A model generated the notes under the pieces. The model ran no database searches. It worked only from the letters and a program-made list of their open reading frames with translations, and was not told where the DNA came from. A stretch of DNA of 61,353 nucleotides, the filler included, from Choristocarpus tenellus KU-1152 (taxonomy: Eukaryota > Protista > Phaeophyceae), in the NCBI GenBank assembly GCA_964200185.2. It is 10 parts of 10 records of this genome, joined end to end, with 100 filler letters (N's around TTAATTAATTAA, not from the genome) between each part and the next. Parts side by side here need not be neighbours in the genome. Positions count along the whole stretch, not along the records: positions 43,626 to 57,435 come from CAXNAD020001361.1; positions 57,536 to 61,353 come from CAXNAD020017753.1; 8 more parts are not named here. The stretch is one strand, 5' to 3'. Positions 53,348 through 61,353 of this stretch are shown in pieces (position 1 is the first letter of the stretch; each line of letters starts with the position of its first letter). A program made the translations under genes and the position numbers.

Positions 53348-54589
53348 ATCGTATCAACTATCGCATGGAAGGCGTCTCCGTTTTGATCCGCAGTTAGTTA
53401 TGCTTGACGGATTGCTGGGACTGAAATATCCAACAGATCGTATTCCTCATGATAATGAACTCACTGGGATGATCTCCCACTCTGATTCGTCCTGCGTGAG
53501 GATATCAGTATTTTAACGAGTGTAGATTGTAGACATCTTAAATGTTCTGCATGGTAGAGAACCATTATTGTAGGCGAGAGATTAACTGGGCACACAGGTG
53601 TTCGGCTTGTAGGGGCACCCCACTTATATCTGCGATTACGCGATTTATTCTCCATATTTTCTATTTTTTTATAGGGTTTGGGGAAGGGTTAGAATAGTAA
53701 GAATGAGTCAAGATGCTCATATAAACTGAGAACCTGCGTGCCCAGAATAGGTCCTTTTGATTGTGTTATTTCGTGGATGTGTACATTCTATAGTGCTTGC
53801 CATGTGGACTTTCGATATTCGAAACCAGAATCACATGAAATGAAGTTTGGCATTCTTCTTCTTTTTCATCTTAGCTCACTTTTAGTCTGAAACTTCTCCA
53901 CTACTTCCACACCCTACCTAGCCTGTTAGTTCCATAGCCAGATGATAGTCCACACTGTACTATTTCTTAGCAAAAGTAAACGAGATGTACCCAGGTTTCA
54001 GGCGTTTTGCTTGTTAAGACACTTTTTTCATCTTCGCAAATTGACTCTTATTGTTACAGGCGATATGTCTTGATGGCGGTTTCATAAACGCCATTTTGAA
54101 CTTGAAGTCGTAGATTGAAAATATTTGTACTTAGACTATTTATTTGTTATTTGATCATTAGCATGTCCCATTAAAGCCATACATCGTTGCCAGTCCCTCT
54201 TTATATCATCACTGTACTTATTAAGTGAATAATCAAAAGTGGGAGATCCGGCATACTTGACGACGTATACATCATGAATCCTTCTACGAGCTTCATGGTC
54301 TTTTTCCAATTATTTTTTGAATTGGAGGTGCTTATCCCATCATGGTAAGCTTGCGGAGCGTTGTGTAACTTAGAGGTCACTTGCAAAGCGCGCTGTATCA
54401 TTATTTCTATGTATGAAGCACTAAGATTATCTTAGGCGCATTTGTTTATCTAATTGTTTGAAAATTTTGGACAGAATTCAGGAAAGTCTCAATGTACATT
54501 TGTCCAAAAAGTCGAATTTTACACATTCGTCCGTATCCTATGCAACCTTGAGTACCTCTCGTTTACTTTGACTCTCTTCTACCCTAAGA

Positions 54590-54735
54590 ACTACCTCTCT
54601 CTTGACCTTTTCTTGTGTATAGGATGAGTGATTTAGTTGTACTACCTCTCTCTTGACCTTTTCTTGTGTATAGGATGAGTGGTTTAGTTGTACTACCTTT
54701 CTCTTGACGTTTTCTTGTGTATAGGATGAGTGGTT
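54590..54735. repeat. 51-bp tandem repeat, ~3 units
   Basis: Units start at 54590, 54641 and 54692. Confidence 0.9.
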
Positions 54736-55904
54736 CACCCACACTGCTCTATTTCTCATACCCTCAAATGATCTGTTGCACTGAAACCAATTGCACTGCC
54801 TGCCTGTCCCTTGATTTTTTCCGATGTGTTGGATTCACTTGTTTACTTCCTCCTGTGGCCCAGATCTTTTCGTTGTGTATCCCTTGTTGTAGTTTGGTGG
54901 GAGATTGTAAACGTACAGGTATACCCTCCTAATGCAGTTGATGTGTGGACCATCAGGCCAAATTTTCTTCGAAGAAAATCTAGCTACTGAGACCGAGATT
55001 CGAACTCGGGCACTCCAATGACCTACATATGATACAACGTTGTGTTCAAACCAATAACTTCACAAAGGGAATAGCCTCCATTAACATCTAAGCAACGACG
55101 AACCCGATAACAACCCCAACCCAAACTACTCGTCTTTGAAAAGAGCGAAGTGTGCTGGTGAAGGGAAGGGTAAGGAAAGGGGTGAACAACGAATCTAGAG
55201 TGGGATGTTAGTAGCAGTCAGGAAAGCTCCACTATGGAGCCATGTGGGAAGAGCTATTCCCAGACGAGGTGAGGACTGGCACTAGCATAGTAAATGGCAG
55301 GCCACCAGAGCATGGACTCTCACGGTCATGTTCATGCCTTGAAGAGTAGATTCATGGTCCTCCGGTTTTTCTCGATATTAATATTGAATGGTTGCCTTGA
55401 TAAAGTGGTGGATCCTCGACTTAATAGGATAAATTGACTAGAAAATGATCCCATCCCCCTCATTACCGACTTCTGTATCATCCAACAGACTTAGATACTC
55501 TTCTGCACATGTTGTTGTGAAGATGTTGCAATTTTATCGAAGGGGGGAGATTTGTATGAGTAAAGCTGGTATACTAGGTTTGGTTGTCGATAGAGTACCC
55601 CTCTCCCTTCACCCAGTCCACCCTATAAGAGCCAACCCAGGTCCACCTTGCGATGAATGAAGGAACTCTTCCATTGGGATGACAGTCAAATTTCCTCAAA
55701 CGATACAGTTTGATCCTCCCTCATCCATATCGTTGCAGTGCATAATCAATGCTGCCAAGCACACAAACACAATTCGCGTCCCGAAAGGTGAAGAATGTCG
55801 AGGGGCTACAGTGCAACCCCCACATTGACAACACGTTGTTAGAATCTTACAACGATGTACTCATAACGTGGTCTCCATTCGAAATCGCTAAATCAAATGA
55901 GAAG

Positions 55905-56125
55905 GGGCAGAAACGTGGGGAACTTGCAACTGGCGTGGGTTAGCCAAGGCCAGTGCCGCCAAGGGCAAGAAGAAAGCTGGGGGCAAAGGAAAGGAGGAGG
56001 AGGAGGAGGAGGTGGTGGTGGTGGAGGCGGGTCCTATGACCATACCCGTAAATTTTTTGAAGGATGGCTCAGACCCAATTATCAAGTCAGACGAGGAATA
56101 CCCCGAGTGGCTGTGGAACCTTGAG
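55905..56125 (+). CDS. MRPL54: Mitochondrial ribosomal protein mL54 (Ribosomal_L37 family) exon; candidate first exon 55523-55577; last exon not found
   Basis: A frame absent from the ORF track reads RGLAKASAAKGKKK...IPVNFLKDGSDPIIKSDEEYPEWLWNLE, then a GTGAGG donor. N..K.G.DP..K.D.EYP.WL is the family signature. The acceptor position is approximate. Confidence 0.85.
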
Positions 56126-56419
56126 GTGAGGTCGCAACGGAATAAGTTTTGATATCAAATGCATCCTGCCTCTGATGATGTCAGAACTGTTTGTACTACA
56201 ACCATACAGCGTGTTGAAGAAACCGAATTATTATCTGGAAACAACAATATATTCGACATTGAAAGAGGTGCAACGTGGATGGAAGCAAGTACTCAAAAGG
56301 AAGTATTTTCGCTACATGCACAGTACTGACCAGAAAGACTGTTCCCCTATTCCACAATCTTAAACTTAACCTTATGTGTGGAAGCACAGAGAGCCCTATG
56401 ATTGAGACTCTCGCCCCTG

Positions 56420-56595
56420 CCACCTCCATTTCCATAAACAATAAAATACATCTCACATTGAGGAACTAGTAACAATGTCCTCCTCCATTTCCATAAACAA
56501 TAAAATACATCCCACATTGAGGAACTAGTAACAATGTCCACCTCCATTTCCATAAACAATAAAGTACATCCCACATTGAGGAACTAGTAACAATG
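56420..56595. repeat. 59-bp tandem repeat, 3 units
   Basis: Units start at 56420, 56479 and 56538. Confidence 0.9.
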
Positions 56596-57535
56596 CCTTA
56601 CTCTCGTTCATCGACTTCATCACATTTTCCATAATGATACCCACTGTGTTTCTATGGTCTGTGTCTGTGTGTGTTTATGGATTTTGAACTCTCTTTCACC
56701 CCCCTTCAGGTTTGGATTATCGATTAATACTGACTGATCAGATTTAGCTAACTTTAAGGAGTTGGGAACCCTGGTGCTGAAGGTCCTACCTCATTGACTG
56801 TTTTCGGGTTGATCTTGCCAAGTATTGAGCTCAGTACAGAATATTTCGTGACCTATCAAAAGGTACCAACCTTGAATGGTACATGAGGGTAGATTGTTCC
56901 AGTGCATCCCCAGCCAATGGCTGATGCCCCCCAGATTGATAATGGACAAGATGGAGTGATCATGATAAAGATGTATGACAAACTACCGTATTAAACCCTA
57001 AAAAAATACCTCCTGCGAGATTTGTTCGCTCTTCAAGTCAAAAGAAAAGCAATTGGATATTCAATGAAGAGTATTACCTAAACCCTCCTAAGCCCAACCT
57101 AACCTAAACACAACTCTCCTCCTAAGGAGCATCATTCCATTTCAAAGCACTATCAATTTATTTTTCCTTGCAGTGTTTGAGAGCAGTTTTCAAGAGCTGA
57201 GACCTAAAACCTATTCTAGTCGGTATAGGAAATGCAACACAAACACACAAATCGAGGTCCAGATACTTTCTTTAGCGGTTTGGACTCACTCTGCTGCATT
57301 CGATTGGTCTCTAATTGTCATGGCTACAAGGTATAGCCCGACTTGTTGAAGTGCTTAGAGTTTGGAAGCCAACTTACTATGATCCGAGAGCTCGCATCTC
57401 CTGACGAAATATCTCCTTAACTGACCCTCCCCCCCNNNNNNNNNNNNNNNNNNNNNNNNNNNNNNNNNNNNNNNNNNNNTTAATTAATTAANNNNNNNNN
57501 NNNNNNNNNNNNNNNNNNNNNNNNNNNNNNNNNNN

Positions 57536-57582
57536 CCCCCAATGCGCCGCCACCCCCCCCCCCCCCCCAGATAATTTGAGCC
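57536..57582. mobile_element. MITE (A2-like) terminus at contig start
   Basis: polyC-AGATAATTTGAGCC. Confidence 0.6.
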
Positions 57583-58111
57583 TGAACCTCCTGTGCTCTC
57601 GCCTATCTGGAGGTTCACTCCGACGTCTGAGGCCCATTGTGTTGTGATGTGGGCTGGGAGGTTGATGCTACATGGGATATTATCCCCCTTTGCCACGCAC
57701 TCGATGACCATCAGGAGCATGGTCCTATGTTGTCCATTCAGACAAAACAAGGCCCAGCTTTGAAAACATTGACTCTACCCTATCCTTATCAAGGAGATTG
57801 GCATTGTACCTCTGGGACAAGAAAGCAGATGTGACCAGGTCGATCGTACGGGTCGCGCTGAGGTTTGACGTGATCAACTCTGTCGTCTTTTCCTCTTCAG
57901 GTTTCTTTGGGCCTCCGGTCGACTGCCTGTGAAGGTAGGGGGGGATATTTTATGGCAACGTTATCAGCAAACGAGAAGGATATCGACACAGGGACGGATA
58001 CTATTGTTGGGCGATGGCAGCATGGGTATTGTTGTATTAAACAATGACACAGAGTATATGATCAATGATGACGGGATCTGTAGGGAGTACGACGTTCATG
58101 TCCATGCGTGG

Positions 58112-58372
58112 GAGTGAAGGAATCTTAGAGGGTACGAGTTTTGCCCTGTTCGTCCATTTGGGGCTTGGCTTCCCATTGGTTCTTTTATGACATTTTCCCA
58201 GTCCAAAATGTTTAGGAGTAGGTAGAACGTGTATGTTATGAAAAGGTGTGTCCGGAACATGAATATTGACATATTTCCTAACAAACATGATAACAAAAAT
58301 TACATCAAAATGACAACATTGGATTTTGGCCCCCAAATGGACATGGCTCTACCCTCTAAGACACTTTGGCTC
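58112..58372. mobile_element. MITE A1, complete
   Basis: GAGTGAAGGAATCTTAGAGGGTAC...CTAAGACACTTTGGCTC; no clear TSD. Confidence 0.85.
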
Positions 58373-58777
58373 GTAGGCTAGGCAAACGTGAGATGATATG
58401 GGCGAAGCACTGTTGTCGTCATGAGGATGGCGTAGCGTTTTCCGTGGAGACTGCTATTTGCGAACATGCGTCGAAAGGTAAACCCCGCCGGCATGGAAGG
58501 AATATTGAATATGAGAACGCACCAACACTGTACGCATATGAAAAGCATTTACGCACCGACCCAGGTTAGATGTCGGGAGGGTAACCATGCACAGGTTTGT
58601 TTTTGACATAAGCCAGACAGTAACGAAGAAATTTGATGTGTTATGTCGGACGGTGAAGGTCATCAATTTCGAAAGCACGGCAAAACGGTTGGGGGTGGTG
58701 TGTACCGATTTGGAACAAGCATGGAAAGCAGGAAAACATTGAGTTGAACCGCAAAGTGAAAGTATGAATGCACCAGC

Positions 58778-59823
58778 GGTGATACCACTGCTGCCAGCTG
58801 GTGTGTACACGGTTCTAATGGTGATAAATACAGGGGTATCGAATTTCAAAATGTTGGCGATACAGCTACTGACAGGTGATGTGTACACGGTTCTAATGGT
58901 GATAAATACAGGGCATCGAATTTGAAAATGTTGGTGATACCACTGCTGACAGCTGGTTTGTACACGGTTCTAATGGTAGGAAATAGAAGGGCATCGAATT
59001 TGAAAGTGTTGGTGATACCACTACCGACAGGTGGTATGTACACGGTTCTAATGAATGGTGATAAATACAGGAACATCGGATTTGAAAATGTTGGTAATAC
59101 CGTTATTGACAGGTGATGTGTACACGGTTCTAATGGTGATACGTACAGGGGCATTGGATTTGAAAATGTTGGTAATACCACTACTGACGGCTGGTGTGTA
59201 CACGGTTCTAATGGTGATAAATACAGGGGCATCGGGTTTCAAAATGTTGGTGATACCACTGCTGACAGCTGGTGTGTACACGGTTCTAATGGTAAGAAAT
59301 ACAAGGCATCGAATTTGAAAATGTTGGTGATACCACTATTGACAGCTGATGTATATACGGTTCTAATGATGACAAATACAGGGGCATCGAATTTGAAAAT
59401 GTTGTTGATACCACTGCTGACAGCTGGTGTGTACCAGGTTGTAATGGTACGAAATACAAGGCATCGAATTTGAAAACGTTGGTGATACCACTGTTGACAG
59501 TTGGTGTGTACGCAGTTCTAATGGTGATAAACACAGGGGCATTGGATTTGAGAATGTTGGTGATACCACTACTGACAGCGGTGTATGTGTGTGTGTGTAC
59601 GCGGTTCTAATGGCAATAAATACAGGGCATCGAATTTTAAAACGTTGATGGTACCACCGCTGACAGCTGGTGTGTACATGGTTCTAATGGGGTAAAAACA
59701 GGGGCATACAACTTGAAAATGTTGGTGGTACCACTACTGACAGCTGGTGTGTACACGGTTCTAATGGTAATATATTCAGGGCATCGGATTTGAAAACGTT
59801 GGTGACACCACTATTGATAGCTG
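58778..59823. repeat. ~78-bp tandem array, 13 full units plus a partial unit
   Basis: Units start at 58778, 58856, 58933, 59011, 59093, 59171, 59249, 59326, 59404, 59481, 59559, 59647, 59724 and 59801. Confidence 0.95.
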
Positions 59824-60258
59824 CTTCGTACAAGCTCAGAATGCAAATGAACACATAAACATGTTAAGAGACGTGTGGTTGTGTTCACGACTGAGAAAAG
59901 TGCAATGAGGGGTGCATACGTTGGAAACTCTTCAACACCGCACGCGTCGCCAATCTTGGCCTAACTTGAGCATTTCTTCCCTGGATTTCAAACCGCCATG
60001 ACATGGAGGCTTCTTTATGTACACCAAAAGAATTATCTCCAGTATCGACAGACCCGTGCTATATACGGCAGGATAGGCAGACCGGCGTGCATAAGGCTTA
60101 TGCCGATTTTGATGCGAAATGTCTTCACTCGGAATTGTATCTGGAGATTCTGAAAGATATTTACACAGGTGGCAACATAGCAGTGGTGGTCGAAATTGGT
60201 ATGGTTGTAGACCTGAAAACTGTTCTACATAACGAGATGGGGCATCAATCGCTACCAC

Positions 60259-61210
60259 TTTGCACAATATTGCGCGGGAGGGAATGTAAGTGGGAGCGTG
60301 TCTGTGTCGTGTCTGTTTGTACGGACAATCTTGTGTGAATCGATGTAGCGTGGTGGACAGCAACGCCATCTACCCCTAACCCGAATTTGGGCTATACATT
60401 AAGAAAGCAATAACGAGATAACTCCTAATGCGAGGGGCATATTCGTGCTTTCACCAAAGCGGGGTACAAGAGATGTTGGAACTCTTTATTGAGAAGAACG
60501 CATACATAGAAATTGGTGGAATACGTTACATATCGTGAATGGCCGGTTGTCGAGGAAGGCTCGATCCCGGATGGGCTTGTTGGGTACGACACGCTATGCG
60601 ACAATGGTTGGGTTAGGGGCCGTGACTGCAGGGTCATACAACCACTTGGGTACATGATGATGTGACCCACATGCTAATACATGGTATGTGAACGGACGAA
60701 AGTCGCAACATCCGTCAAAGGCGCTAAATCATGATAGTGTTTGCGATATTGGTCTGAAACTCTCCCGAATGAGCTGCACAAAGGGTGCACGTTTCTGGTA
60801 GGGGGACTCACCTTCTGGTTCCCTTTGGAGGCATGGCGGCGTTCGGTGGTTGGACTAAGCCTCTCCTTTGATCGCATGATGTCTGCATCGGGTGGGCACG
60901 ATGCGAATGGGACAGGGGAAACCGACAGAAGGAGAGAGAGAAATGTTTTGCACATCGAGTCAGGTCCAGAGAGGATGAAATGTCGCGGTCGGGTTACATC
61001 ATCCTCAAGTCGTACGCACCTGATCACCTTGCATGAAGAAGAAGTCCTGTCGTCTTTTTCCCTTCTGACGCGCCCAATGTTCAGCGTTATATACAGCGCA
61101 CAGGGATAGCGGCAGACGAGTTCGATCCTTGTAGAAGGGATACGCACCTAGTCTCCCTTGACCAAGAAAGTATGGTCTTTATGACCTTTTTTGTTTTTCG
61201 GTTGTATAAC
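60259..61210. mobile_element. Dispersed repeat E, copy 2 (MITE-free)
   Basis: Reverse complement of 18561-19767 without the MITE. Confidence 0.8.
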
Positions 61211-61219
61211 ATTTTCACA

Positions 61220-61353
61220 ATACTGTACCTACCCCGATTTTATGCCAACTATTATGTACCAAATCCATTTGTATACCGCTTTTTTCGACATACTCAAAAA
61301 AATAGGCTTTTGTACCGGAATTCTCGTATTCGGGCGACTTGGTACAAAATCGG
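61220..61353. repeat. Dispersed repeat F, copy 2 (runs off the window)
   Basis: Reverse complement of ~8410-8545. Confidence 0.85.

Noticed and set aside
54538-54759. 17-aa repeat protein (VVQLNHSSYTQEKVKRE)
   Set aside because: Simple translation of a three-unit 51-bp tandem repeat; no other coding evidence.
55897-56124. Gly-rich 75-aa ORF
   Set aside because: Wrong frame of the mL54 exon.
58778-59823. CRISPR-like array
   Set aside because: Whole units are homologous, with no unique spacers and no cas genes; it is a minisatellite.
1-61353. Functional cluster linking eEF3, DHHC, PP2C, MFS, oxidoreductase and mL54
   Set aside because: Each gene is on a different contig; adjacency is artificial.

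Overview
Eukaryotic, intron-rich, repeat-rich nuclear DNA. It is probably an ochrophyte/brown-alga-like stramenopile; this is an inference from a bipartite plastid-type presequence, a non-fungal eEF3 and the LINE motifs. The window is not one locus. It is ten contigs joined by an artificial 100-nt spacer (N44-TTAATTAATTAA-N44), so adjacency across spacers means nothing. Reading GT-AG splice sites by hand gives six host genes: (1) a 5'-partial elongation factor 3 (eEF3)-like HEAT/ABC-F gene whose first exon also encodes a TPR-like N-terminus; (2) a partial DHHC palmitoyltransferase; (3) a partial PP2C phosphatase that the ORF track misses; (4) an apparently complete 8-exon MFS_1-like (MFSD6-type) transporter; (5) the first exon of a plastid-targeted FAD oxidoreductase; (6) a mitochondrial ribosomal protein mL54 exon. 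The rest is mostly mobile DNA: 17 copies of three related PIF/Harbinger-type MITEs sharing a TCAAAGTATCT-type TIR core; an RLE-type non-LTR retrotransposon ending in a stem-loop plus (TAA)n tail, including an 84-bp tail-only copy with a 14-bp TSD; a decayed RTE LINE; transposase remnants; and several minisatellites, including a 13-unit ~78-bp array. The most interesting candidates are the TPR-eEF3 fusion and the hairpin-tailed, self-clustering RLE retroelement. No database searches were run; family calls rest on recalled motifs.
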